IMG/VR virus record: IMGVR_UViG_3300022305_000835
Location: 1-64,000 of that record
Direction: 5' to 3' (one strand)
DNA: 64,000 bases
DNA from: a virus
Lineage: Duplodnaviria; Caudoviricetes
Part shown: piece after piece, positions 19,924 through 30,658 of the stretch
Layout: every line of letters begins with the position of its first letter
How positions within the stretch are numbered: the stretch's first letter is position 1
Notes under the pieces: model-generated
What the model was told of the DNA's origin: nothing
What the model saw: only the letters and a program-made list of their open reading frames with translations
Database searches by the model: none
Program-made: the position numbers and the translations under genes

Positions 19924-22900
19924 TTATAAAACCGCTGCTAAAGCCTTCGTTGTTAATAGTTTATCATGTAAATTTAACCATTCTAATGCTCCATCCCTAA
20001 ACGGCCAATTACCAATGTGGTCTATAAAAGAACTTTCTATAAAGGTAGGACCTAAATTAATAAATTTATCAAATATAGCCATAGATAGCACTCTACCTGG
20101 TTGTTCTTTATATAATCGTGCCATTTCTCTTTGAATATATAAGAAATATTTAGTAAACAAAGTAAATCCCATATCATCTGAATATTGCATCATTCGTTGC
20201 ATTGGCATAGCGTATTGAACAAATGCATTATTTGCTCTAGCTACCGCATCTATATGCGACATAGGTTCCGCTTTAGTTGTTTGGAACTGATACATTGTAT
20301 ATCTAGCAACAAAATCCGACATTTGTGTAACATGTGCTAAAGCTTTATATGCCCCAGACTCTCTTGACATCATTAATGTCTTTAATGCATTTAATGCTGG
20401 TTCAGGGATATTTTTAGAAAGCTTATCAATGTGATCGTTAAGCAGGCTCTTATATTCATATTCTGTATCTGCATCTAAATCTTCCACAATCGTAGGTAAT
20501 AATCCTACTTCAATTAATTTAGTAGTAGGATTTCTTTCAATAGCATCCTCTAATATATTAATTTGTTTTTGTATTGCTGGAGAGTCGTATCCAAGTTTTA
20601 CTTGTAAAAGTAATCCATCTAATTCTTCTTTATCTTTTAGATATTGAGTGGCACCTTTAAATGCTACTAATGAATAATGAGCAATATTTTTTAATGGAAT
20701 ACCTTCAAGAACAAGCCTAGATACGTTACTAAATATGTTACCCACCAATACTGAACCAGATACAACAACAATCTTATCCTTTAAATCAGATACAACTTCT
20801 TGCCATACTCCTTCAGCCTTAGTTACTAGCATAGCTGCACGTCTTGCATAGCGTTTAGCTTCATCAGGTGATTTACCCCGTGCCTTAGCACTAAGTTCTA
20901 GCATTTCTTCAATAAACATTATTCCAATTTTCTGGATCTCAGATACTGATTTCATGTCTACCATTTTAGTAGATTTACCTGCTTCAGCTGCAAATGCCCG
21001 CTCTTTATTCAATCTATGAATTGGATCAGCCATAGACACTTTACGGTACCCCAGGATCATATCAATTGAGTATTTACTTACCATAATGTGGTCTGACCCA
21101 AATATTTTTCTAGCACTAGCTTTAGTCTTATCTGGGAGTCTTGCCCACTGTTCACGGGATTCTTTATCTGTAGCGTTAGGCCCAACAAGAATAAACTCCG
21201 ATAATTTATACGCAGGTGTTGATTGATATTCATCGAATAATACAGTTAATACTTGTTCATTTTGTTGGACAGTATTTTGTTTACCCTGTAATGATCCAGC
21301 TAATGTACCTAATACCTTTTCAAAGCTATTTGTTCTTTGTAAGACATTATTTTTAGTGTTTTCTGACATCAGATAAGTCCAGTTTAATACTTGACCACCT
21401 GCATCAAAGATTGGAGCCATATAATTAACTTCAGGGTCTTTAGACATATCCCGAAAGTGATCTTTATTACTGTACCTTACTGGTTTAGTTTTAGCTCTAT
21501 CGCTGTTCACTTTGGCATGTACAGCAGCATTCATCCGTCCTTCATTACTATCAATATCAATAGGACCTTTAATTAATTCATCATCTGCTTTCTTGTCCGA
21601 ACCAAATTGAATTGCACCAGACACATAGGTACCTAAAGTATCATATTTTAGGATGTAATAATGCTTGGCTGATTGATCTGGATCATGTGGGTCCCGTTTA
21701 ATCTGGTCACCTTGAATATATCCAGCATCTATTAATACTTTGCTATCTTTTAAATTAGCAGCAATCAACTTAGTTCTTGGATTAAATATTTCATGTATGG
21801 AACCAAATGATGCTAATGCAGGATTAGAGTCATAAATATATTCCTTTTCTACATTCGCCATATGTTCATGGAATTTAAGTACAAATTCAATACCGTTTCC
21901 TTCTTCATCTGGTCTTTCATTTTCACCTTGTAATATACCTGCAACAGCTTGTTTATCATTTTCTGTTGTATATTTTAAGGCATATAAGGATGCAAGATTA
22001 GACACGATCGGCTCAACTTTATCTAATTGAGTTTGAGTCAATCTATTATTTCCTTCACCAAAACTATTGATGATTTGATATATATTAGTTTTTAACATCT
22101 CACTAGTGTTTTTACCTGTTGCAGCGTAATACCCCAGTTCATGTGCATTCTCAATAAATTGTGCTAATACAGCCGGATCAACTCCAGTTAATTGATTAGC
22201 TTCAGTCACTAGGTGTTGTTCAAGTTTAGAAGAGTCAGTCAACATTTCATGAAGGTCTTGTAGTGAATATGTACTCACTAGTGTATGTACATTAGTTTTC
22301 AGTAAGACTGCTGTAATAGCATTTTTCTGTGGAATAGTTAAATTCTTACCTTGATTTTTGAACGCTAATAACATGTTTTTAGCTACATGAGTCATCAATG
22401 TTTTTCTAATGTTATCGTTATGTGCAGTAGCTAATAACAATAATTCAAAGAGTTCTTTTTGACCTTTAACATTATTAATTAAACCAGCAATTAAACCTAA
22501 CTTACCATTATCTGCTAAATGCAGTACACCCAATGTATGTTCTAAGAAGGATTCAAATTTATGTCCTGCAGCAGTCTTAGCCAATGCCCCCATACCTTTA
22601 ATCATCTTAAATCTGATCTTTTGGAAGCTATCTGAGTCCACTAAATCTACTACAGTTTTATTAACATACTTTTCAGTAAATTTATTGATACCTGCTTCAA
22701 TAGTCCTCATACCAGAGTCCTGGTATTTCTGGTTTCGTTTAATAACTTGGACCTGTTTTAATTCAAGTTTAACCAGCTGAGTTACTAATGCTTCAAGTCT
22801 TTTACCTGATACTCGTGATTGAATAGGCGAACCAGATGAATCAGACCACGAATGAATATAGGATAAAATATCTTCAAAGAATCCCTGTAATTTCTGAGCC

Positions 22901-25900
22901 CATGTTTTTGTTTCTTTGCTCTTTGTGCTTTCTGTGTGTTGCTCAAGGAGGGCGTTGATGCCTGGGTTAGTTAGACCTAATGCTACAAATCTAGCTAAGT
23001 AATCCGAGCGTTTACTAGATACATTCGATGTTTTAAATACTAAATCATATAATGATTGGGCTTCAGCTTGTGTAGTTGTCCCAAAGGTAGAGCCAAGAAA
23101 ATCGGAGACAGTAATGGTCTTAAATACTGAGGTATATAGAGCACTTAATTCCCCATATGGTTTAAAAGTATGTATCTCATTATCTGAATTTAGTTTAACT
23201 ACCGTTGCATAGATCTGCTCCATTACAAATGCTTGTTTATCATTCACAACTAAACCAGATGAAACTAACTCATTAGTTAATGGTGTTATGTTTTCTTTCC
23301 AAGAATTAGTTGCTGAAATATTGTCTTTAATTTGAGAATGCAGTATGCCGAATGGACCATGCAATCTATCTACGATAGTGGTTAATAACCCCTTCAGGTG
23401 TTTATTAAAGTCACTAGAGATGTTATCTCCAGTAAGAGCATCATAGGTATCTTCAGTAGTATAATTCTTAGCCTTCATAGAATGTGTCTGATTAGTACTA
23501 GTTGCTTCAGTATGAAATTCGTTAGCAATTCGAATAAGTGCTACAGATTCTCTAATTAAAGTCCCTAATCCTTTTGCTGTAGCAGCTGATTTGAATCCAA
23601 GCATCTGCGTTAAAGCATTAACAAATTTTTGGAACACAGTATCCCATATAGAGACTCCTTTTTTAATTCCTGGAGTATGAATTAATACCTCATTTTGGAA
23701 CTCTTCATCCGATAGCCCATAAGCAATAAATTCATGTACATTTTTTAATGCTTCACTATATTTTGCTGCTGCCGGTTTATTAGTTAATTGAATTCGTGTA
23801 ATTAGAGCCTTTAATGTGTTGTATGCGGCAACAGCTCTAGCATCTGTTAAATTACCTGTTTCTATTAGAGTGACGACTTTACTTAATGCAGCGTGGATAA
23901 ATTCATGAAGTAATACAGTAGTTAAATCGGTGTGGCTTAATAGATTTGGCTTTACAAGATAGATAGTTCTATTAGATCCTACTGACTCAAATTGTCCAAC
24001 ATCAGTCTGATTCATTCCGCGTTCTTTTAAGTCTTTTTCAGTATTCAAAAGGACAATTTTAACATCAGATACTAGGTGTTCAATTCGTGCAAGGATAGAA
24101 GACTTAAATAGTCCTTGTGAACCTTGCTGTAATACTGACCGCAACGCTATTATCACATCTGATGTATCTATTTGCTGATTACCTTTTTCATCCTCTCTCA
24201 GGATTGAATCCAATAGGAAAGACTGTTCCTTAGACATACCTAAAGTAGTAAGTGCAGTTTTAACAGGTGCTGATATGTTGGGGTGTTTAGACGCATTATC
24301 CAACAATTCTTGAAGCTTATCTCTATCTTCCCCTGTAGGTACATACTCACTTCCTTTAAGGGAATACTGATTAAGTGCGCCTACTTGTAATAATGCCCCT
24401 AATTTAATTTGATCTGCTTTAGTAGCTAAGGTATTCAACGATGTAAATATTTCAGAAACATTTCCATACCCTTTACTTGTAATAATCTTATTAATTGCAA
24501 TTAGCGTATCAGGGTTTAAGTCTAATGAAGATAATCCAATAAACATCCGTTCAGTTGTATTATATAATTCTCGTATAGGGGAATATCTAGCTGTCACTTC
24601 AAAGAATGCTTCATTTAAATATTTAGTAGCTTCTTGTAATGTAAGAGCACCAGAGATAATTGCATCAAACACGTTAATAGCTATAATCTTATTTGCTCTC
24701 ATTTTTGTTAGAGCTAAGTTCATAATAGCTGCTTCTGTTGAATGGGTAACCCTAGAAACACCCCCAATACCTAATGATTCGTATTTCGAAACCATAGGTG
24801 AAAATCTTCCTACCTTTCCTTCCTTGAATTGATCTCGCCCTTCCATTTGTTGGATAGGGTCAGTTATTACCTCAAATTTTGCATTTGAATCGTCAGAAGG
24901 TTTGTTCTGTTGTTTAGCTAATACAATACCTGCTTCTATATTATTGGGATTTTGTGATGACATATCCGAATGAAGCATAGGCATGATTCCTGCCTTTAAT
25001 AGTAGAGCATCAACAGTTTCTATAGCTTCTTTAGAGATTGACTCTAATGGTTGATATTTCTTTCCAACTGTATCTTCTAAAGAGCCTGAATATTGAGAAG
25101 GTATTCCGACTATTCCACCTGATTCAAGAAACATTTGAACTCTTTTTTCAGTCTCTTTTTTAATCATTTCTTCTCTAATGAGTTGAAAGATTTCACCGTT
25201 GACTTGGACAGCCTTATTAAACTCAGCAGCTTTCTCGATAAAGATATCAAATGTATCAGTTAACGCTCCTGCAATAGCATCACCTACAAGAGCTGTATGT
25301 GTACGCATGATTGCATCATTTACATCCTCAGTAAATATAGATTGATCTATATATACATCTTTGTTTAGTTGTTTCCAACCCATTAAGGTTAACCCAGATG
25401 TATTGGGTGGAATAGTTTTGGTCTGATCATGAAAATTAATAAGCTTATTCAGGTACCCAATAATGTTTTGTTTAGCCTTCTCACTATATTTCTCACTGGT
25501 TTCATCTATTAATCCATCTTGATAAGACTTAGATATAAACTGTTTTACTTCTTTTAGGAATACATCTGCTGCTTCTGCCGTAGCTGTAGGTATAGAACTA
25601 CCAAAGAACAACATAAGAATAGGCTCTTTAACCATCTCACGCATAATACTAGATGGACCGCCTTCATCTGTTTTAAGTTGTGTAGTGAAATGTTGGATAG
25701 CTGCTAAAGCCTTTCTAACAGTAAGTGCTTCAATAGTTTTATTTTCACCATACTCTTTATATGTTAAATTCTGTTTTGACTGCTGTGTAAGAGTTTCAAT
25801 TACACTTCTAGCAATTGTCATATATACATCATCAAATTTTAAAGCTTCTTTAGCGTCATCAAAAAATGTGTGTCCATCTGCTTTAGTATATATTCCATAT

Positions 25901-28900
25901 TTTTTAGCGAACTCTAAAAGTGTAGCGGTATCGTTATGTGTTCCAAATAAGAATGAAGTAATTGCTACACCATTAGTTTTACCATCAGCTTCAGCAGAAA
26001 TAGTAGAAACAAATGAAGGTTCTCCTCTACTTTCAGCTAACTGTCGTTGAGCTAACGCCATTAAACCAGAATAGGCATGCATATTTGTGCCTACAGATTG
26101 CACTGCTTCTACAACTATTTTTTGATCTTCTAAAGGTATGTCACTATTAACTCCCTTATCTAAGGAGCTAACTAAAATATTTACAGCCCTTTGTAAAATA
26201 GAGTTAGGACTGTTTAGTTTCTCATATAATTCTTTTGTAGTTTTTAAATCAAATGCAGTAGCAACAGCCAAGTCAAATTGTTCTATTGCATTAATATCAG
26301 TAAATTTGATTTCAGATTTCCAAGATTCATTGGTAATAAACCAGCGCACAAATTTATCAGCTTGAGGGTTAACAATCTGATTAACAATACCATTTCGTTG
26401 CTGTTTATACATTTCACGTAGGAAATACACTTGAATAGCTTCTAGTGACACTTCTCCATCAAGAAACCCAAAGAAATTGTCAATATGCATCTTAATAGAA
26501 TTATTTTGAGCAATGGCTGCTTTTTCTAAATCAGAGTGAAGTAATACACGATTCGGGTTTGTTGGGTCTGATGTAGGTACTATTCCTGCCATTGATTCAA
26601 TGTTATCCCTATCAAACAATCTAAATATTGTGATAGCCTTAGAATCAACAATATAAGGTGTTTTAGCTTCAGCTTCTAATGTTGGTGTTAATACTTCAGG
26701 CACTTTAGACGTTGGAGTGTATGAAGCTGGTTTAGTATGTACTGTGTCAGCTTCTCTTTGAATATCAAAAAATGAAACAATAAATCGACCAGAATCCATA
26801 CTATCTTGAAGTATTGAATTTGGTTCAGTATTTAATCCCATACTTGATTGCTTTAACGAAATGAATCGATGAATTTTTTCTTTATCCTTGTCAATTAATG
26901 CTTTAGTTGTAATTTTATAGTAATTTTTATTGGTTTTAATATTTATGTCATATTCAGACATAGATGATTCTTGGATATACCCTAAATCATTCATAACAGC
27001 GATAGCTCTTGCGCCTAATGCAGATCTTAATGAATTTAGATGATTACGTGATGTAGTAAGGCTAGAGTCTTCTAATCCTAGTAAATCAGTGATGGTTTTA
27101 CCAATAGAGTGTGCTGTACGATCTCTCGTACTTACAGCGTATGGAAACAGATTTCGCAATGAATTAGGTACAACATCTTTACCCCTACCTAATACTTTGT
27201 TAATTGCTTTATTTGTAGGATGCATTGAAGATATCCCCAATATTTCACTATAGACTGCAGCTGTAAAAGCAGTAGCAGTATTCTCATCCATAGTAACCAT
27301 ACCAGATGAATCTACATGAAAAATATCCAATGAATAGTCTCTAGGAAGATCTTTTGCATTTCTAAGTCCTTTTTTAGATCCTCTTTTAGATCCTATTTGT
27401 ACATCATGGATAATGGATCCATTGACATTCTTTAGTCCTATACGATTAAGGTGTTCTTCTAATTTACCTTTGATTGCAGGCATTAGATGTTCCTTGAATT
27501 TGTTGAATGAATCAATCTGTGTTTCAGTAATATCCTCTATTTTAGCTGCTTCAGTAATGTGTCTTGGGGTTGTAATTGACTTCAATGCGTCTACAACAGT
27601 ATTTAAAAGGCGAGTACCGAACTTTTGTTTAACATGATCGCTAGTTCTATTTCTTTGACGTAAATCTGTAGTATTTTCATTTCTACGATTACCTAGAGTT
27701 AAGCCTGTAATCTCAGCTGATTGATTATTTTCTCTTTCAATTCTATGTGTTTCTTCTAATGCAGCCATCTGTTTTTCAAAATCTGCTGGCTGTGCTTGAA
27801 CAAGTGCTTCAAGTTCTCCTTGCTGTCTTTGATTCAACTCATCCATAGGAATTAGCTTATCCTTACTCTTTGGTTTAGCTTCTTTCTGTGTATTCAGTGT
27901 AGCAGGTGTAACTGGTTCTGTTATTGTAGGAGAAGGTGTTTGTGTAGCTGCTACAACAGGTGCTTCTACTATCTGTTGTGTAGGTGCACTAGTATTACTC
28001 CCTTCATCAATTACTGTTGATTCAGTAGCTGTAGGTGCAGGCTGTATAGTAAATTCAGATGATGTATTACTAACAATAGACTCTTCATTAGCTGACTGAG
28101 CATCAATTGAATCATCATACTGTATGTTATCTTGTGTTGGTGTAGTGGGTGATTTACTAGGTGTAAGCATTTTAGTAGTTGCTGCATGAAATTCAGCAAC
28201 ATCTGTAGCATCTTTACTGATCTGATCTACTAAGCTTAATCCAGTTGATTTATCCTTCTGTAAGGTCTTACCATAAATTACTAATGCCCCTAGAGCTTTA
28301 TAGTCTATATTTGGGTTATACTCTTGACGTTCCCATTTAGTGTTGTCTGTGGCATCTCTTGCAAGCACAATTGGTGTTACATTCTCTTCTGCTGTAGATT
28401 TAGCTGTATGATGTAATGTTGAATCATCGTATGAAACTCCAGTAGGTAAATACTTAGTCACTTTAGCTATATACTCTGCTGCTGCTTCTTGAACTGCAAT
28501 ATTTTTAGCTCTAAGCCCTTTATCCCAGTTAGCAAGTTGAGGTTTTAAAGTATCAATAGTTTCACGGTTACCTGTTTCTACAGCTTTAGTAAAAGCATTG
28601 TAATACGCTGGCATACTCCAATGTTTATCCATTCCTGTTCGAATATTGTCATTAACTTCGTCCATAGTTTGATTTCTCATGGATAACTTTAATGATCGTA
28701 ATGTTCCAACTTCTTGATCAGTAAAATAGCCACTACCTAAATCCTCTTGAGCTTTTGTATTCAGATTATCAATTAGATCTAACGTCTTAGTATCAAATCG
28801 TTTCTTCATTGCATGCCGCATGATTTCTGGCACAGCTGTAGGAGAAGTACCTAATGAATTAACTAACTCTTCTTTAGCAACATCTGTAATTACTGATTGT

Positions 28901-30633
28901 TTTAGTAGATCATGTTGAGTTGATAAGTTAGCTAGATTAGTTTTCTGGGTGTCAATATTACGTTGAATTTCTTCTTTTTGAGTATTAGAAAGCTTACTAG
29001 CAACATCATATTGTGCCTGTCTAAGAGGTAACATTTTTTCAGAGATCTCTTTAATTATTTCAGTAGTCTCTTTAGTGGTAGGAGCAGCAATATATCCAGC
29101 TAAGTAATTTTCAAGATTAGCAATCTTAACTTTTATTTCTTCTGGCTTTAATGCTAATTCTGATGCTTCTAGGGTATCTTTAGCTGCCTTTAGGATTTGT
29201 TCTGATTTAGTGTGGGCATCATCAACTACCTTTTCAGTAGTATTCATATCTGGATTTGTTGAATCTACATATTTATCTGCATTTTTAATTCGTTCTGCTA
29301 ATGAGATTACCCCATCCACAGGGTTTTGTGTTGATTGTGGGCCTACATAATTAGATACATCACCTGTATTGATAACATGATCCATATGAGCTTGTCGTTG
29401 CTGTTCCTGTTCTTGAATAGTAGTTGGGTTTTGTTGATCTTCTTTAGTTGTTGAATATCTATTAACAACAGCATCTTTTGCTGCTACAGCAGTATCTTTA
29501 GCTCCATTCATAGATCTTACAGCCATGTGTGTTCCAGTAGCTTGTCCTAGGGATGATAATCCTTCTAATACTGCTGATTTAGGATCTGCTACTCCAGTAG
29601 CTGCATATTGACCTGCGTACTCACCTAAGCCTTCAGAACCCATCTCTAAGCCAATACCAGTTGCTGCAGATTTAACTTTACCCAATAATGTTCGTGACGC
29701 TAATAAGTTAATATCAGAAGCAATCTCTTCTTTAATTGCTGGTTTAGCTAACACATCTGATACTAATTTAGGATTAAGTAGATCACTCGGTGCCATTCGT
29801 TTAGCTAATACATTTTCAGTTGCAGTCCGTAAAGGTGCATTTAATAGTGCACCTCCTAAGCCAATAGTAGCTGTATCTACAGCACCAATTACTCCAGATT
29901 TAATAAAGTTTTCTTTTAACAATTCACCACGGTTATCTTCAAAGAATTTTTCTGATTGAGCTGGATTAAGTAGATCAATACCTTGTTTATCTGCTAATCC
30001 TTGGATTAATTCAGATTGTCCTGAAGACATATTACCTAATGTAGCTCCTCCCCATAAACCAGCAGCTAAACCAACAGCCCCTAAGGGTGCTCCAATTGTA
30101 GCCCCTAATGCCATACCTGCCATAGGTGCAATAGAGTTAGGAATCTGTTTAACAATGCCCCCACCTAGAGCTTTAGCATCATCAATACCCGCACCTAAAC
30201 CAGACATAAAATCAGGTGCCTCAGTAACATCGTTATAGATAGTTTTAATTGTATCTACAATACCGTGTCCTGCAGCAGCAAAGGTATTTTTATTACCTTG
30301 AGCATCAACCCCATTATCATAGGCAGCACTAAGTCTATCTGATGCTACAGAGTTAGGGTTAGCAGTAGTATACTGAGCATCTGATTGTGCTTGCTCTGCA
30401 GATGCACGAGCATCCCCAGTGACAGCATTTATTGCCTGTTTAAACGAGGACGTGGCATTGTGGACACCCTGACTCCAGGCACTATCTGACATAGCAATTT
30501 GAGATTCTTGACGTGCTGCAGCCGCCTCAGGGCTAGCTTGATAAGACCTAAATGCGTCTAGTTTTGATTGAGATGCTGCAACAACTGCATACGCTTTTGC
30601 TGCAATAGAGTCTTGAGAAATAGGTGATGGCAT
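19924..30633 (-). CDS. Virion-encapsidated RNA polymerase (N4 gp50-like vRNAP)
   Basis: 3569 aa, no Cys seen; NPQADKFVR, motif A AEADGKTNG, motif B REMVKEPILMLFFGSS, motif C NVFDAI; upstream ejection-gene synteny. Confidence 0.92.
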   Translation of the reverse strand: MPSPISQDSIAAKAYAVVAASQSKLDAFRSYQASPEAAAARQESQIAMSDSAWSQGVHNATSSFKQAINAVTGDARASAEQAQSDAQYTTANPNSVASDRLSAAYDNGVDAQGNKNTFAAAGHGIVDTIKTIYNDVTEAPDFMSGLGAGIDDAKALGGGIVKQIPNSIAPMAGMALGATIGAPLGAVGLAAGLWGGATLGNMSSGQSELIQGLADKQGIDLLNPAQSEKFFEDNRGELLKENFIKSGVIGAVDTATIGLGGALLNAPLRTATENVLAKRMAPSDLLNPKLVSDVLAKPAIKEEIASDINLLASRTLLGKVKSAATGIGLEMGSEGLGEYAGQYAATGVADPKSAVLEGLSSLGQATGTHMAVRSMNGAKDTAVAAKDAVVNRYSTTKEDQQNPTTIQEQEQQRQAHMDHVINTGDVSNYVGPQSTQNPVDGVISLAERIKNADKYVDSTNPDMNTTEKVVDDAHTKSEQILKAAKDTLEASELALKPEEIKVKIANLENYLAGYIAAPTTKETTEIIKEISEKMLPLRQAQYDVASKLSNTQKEEIQRNIDTQKTNLANLSTQHDLLKQSVITDVAKEELVNSLGTSPTAVPEIMRHAMKKRFDTKTLDLIDNLNTKAQEDLGSGYFTDQEVGTLRSLKLSMRNQTMDEVNDNIRTGMDKHWSMPAYYNAFTKAVETGNRETIDTLKPQLANWDKGLRAKNIAVQEAAAEYIAKVTKYLPTGVSYDDSTLHHTAKSTAEENVTPIVLARDATDNTKWERQEYNPNIDYKALGALVIYGKTLQKDKSTGLSLVDQISKDATDVAEFHAATTKMLTPSKSPTTPTQDNIQYDDSIDAQSANEESIVSNTSSEFTIQPAPTATESTVIDEGSNTSAPTQQIVEAPVVAATQTPSPTITEPVTPATLNTQKEAKPKSKDKLIPMDELNQRQQGELEALVQAQPADFEKQMAALEETHRIERENNQSAEITGLTLGNRRNENTTDLRQRNRTSDHVKQKFGTRLLNTVVDALKSITTPRHITEAAKIEDITETQIDSFNKFKEHLMPAIKGKLEEHLNRIGLKNVNGSIIHDVQIGSKRGSKKGLRNAKDLPRDYSLDIFHVDSSGMVTMDENTATAFTAAVYSEILGISSMHPTNKAINKVLGRGKDVVPNSLRNLFPYAVSTRDRTAHSIGKTITDLLGLEDSSLTTSRNHLNSLRSALGARAIAVMNDLGYIQESSMSEYDINIKTNKNYYKITTKALIDKDKEKIHRFISLKQSSMGLNTEPNSILQDSMDSGRFIVSFFDIQREADTVHTKPASYTPTSKVPEVLTPTLEAEAKTPYIVDSKAITIFRLFDRDNIESMAGIVPTSDPTNPNRVLLHSDLEKAAIAQNNSIKMHIDNFFGFLDGEVSLEAIQVYFLREMYKQQRNGIVNQIVNPQADKFVRWFITNESWKSEIKFTDINAIEQFDLAVATAFDLKTTKELYEKLNSPNSILQRAVNILVSSLDKGVNSDIPLEDQKIVVEAVQSVGTNMHAYSGLMALAQRQLAESRGEPSFVSTISAEADGKTNGVAITSFLFGTHNDTATLLEFAKKYGIYTKADGHTFFDDAKEALKFDDVYMTIARSVIETLTQQSKQNLTYKEYGENKTIEALTVRKALAAIQHFTTQLKTDEGGPSSIMREMVKEPILMLFFGSSIPTATAEAADVFLKEVKQFISKSYQDGLIDETSEKYSEKAKQNIIGYLNKLINFHDQTKTIPPNTSGLTLMGWKQLNKDVYIDQSIFTEDVNDAIMRTHTALVGDAIAGALTDTFDIFIEKAAEFNKAVQVNGEIFQLIREEMIKKETEKRVQMFLESGGIVGIPSQYSGSLEDTVGKKYQPLESISKEAIETVDALLLKAGIMPMLHSDMSSQNPNNIEAGIVLAKQQNKPSDDSNAKFEVITDPIQQMEGRDQFKEGKVGRFSPMVSKYESLGIGGVSRVTHSTEAAIMNLALTKMRANKIIAINVFDAIISGALTLQEATKYLNEAFFEVTARYSPIRELYNTTERMFIGLSSLDLNPDTLIAINKIITSKGYGNVSEIFTSLNTLATKADQIKLGALLQVGALNQYSLKGSEYVPTGEDRDKLQELLDNASKHPNISAPVKTALTTLGMSKEQSFLLDSILREDEKGNQQIDTSDVIIALRSVLQQGSQGLFKSSILARIEHLVSDVKIVLLNTEKDLKERGMNQTDVGQFESVGSNRTIYLVKPNLLSHTDLTTVLLHEFIHAALSKVVTLIETGNLTDARAVAAYNTLKALITRIQLTNKPAAAKYSEALKNVHEFIAYGLSDEEFQNEVLIHTPGIKKGVSIWDTVFQKFVNALTQMLGFKSAATAKGLGTLIRESVALIRIANEFHTEATSTNQTHSMKAKNYTTEDTYDALTGDNISSDFNKHLKGLLTTIVDRLHGPFGILHSQIKDNISATNSWKENITPLTNELVSSGLVVNDKQAFVMEQIYATVVKLNSDNEIHTFKPYGELSALYTSVFKTITVSDFLGSTFGTTTQAEAQSLYDLVFKTSNVSSKRSDYLARFVALGLTNPGINALLEQHTESTKSKETKTWAQKLQGFFEDILSYIHSWSDSSGSPIQSRVSGKRLEALVTQLVKLELKQVQVIKRNQKYQDSGMRTIEAGINKFTEKYVNKTVVDLVDSDSFQKIRFKMIKGMGALAKTAAGHKFESFLEHTLGVLHLADNGKLGLIAGLINNVKGQKELFELLLLATAHNDNIRKTLMTHVAKNMLLAFKNQGKNLTIPQKNAITAVLLKTNVHTLVSTYSLQDLHEMLTDSSKLEQHLVTEANQLTGVDPAVLAQFIENAHELGYYAATGKNTSEMLKTNIYQIINSFGEGNNRLTQTQLDKVEPIVSNLASLYALKYTTENDKQAVAGILQGENERPDEEGNGIEFVLKFHEHMANVEKEYIYDSNPALASFGSIHEIFNPRTKLIAANLKDSKVLIDAGYIQGDQIKRDPHDPDQSAKHYYILKYDTLGTYVSGAIQFGSDKKADDELIKGPIDIDSNEGRMNAAVHAKVNSDRAKTKPVRYSNKDHFRDMSKDPEVNYMAPIFDAGGQVLNWTYLMSENTKNNVLQRTNSFEKVLGTLAGSLQGKQNTVQQNEQVLTVLFDEYQSTPAYKLSEFILVGPNATDKESREQWARLPDKTKASARKIFGSDHIMVSKYSIDMILGYRKVSMADPIHRLNKERAFAAEAGKSTKMVDMKSVSEIQKIGIMFIEEMLELSAKARGKSPDEAKRYARRAAMLVTKAEGVWQEVVSDLKDKIVVVSGSVLVGNIFSNVSRLVLEGIPLKNIAHYSLVAFKGATQYLKDKEELDGLLLQVKLGYDSPAIQKQINILEDAIERNPTTKLIEVGLLPTIVEDLDADTEYEYKSLLNDHIDKLSKNIPEPALNALKTLMMSRESGAYKALAHVTQMSDFVARYTMYQFQTTKAEPMSHIDAVARANNAFVQYAMPMQRMMQYSDDMGFTLFTKYFLYIQREMARLYKEQPGRVLSMAIFDKFINLGPTFIESSFIDHIGNWPFRDGALEWLNLHDKLLTTKALAAVL

Positions 30634-30658
30634 AGTACGTCCTAGTTGTTAGATGGGG

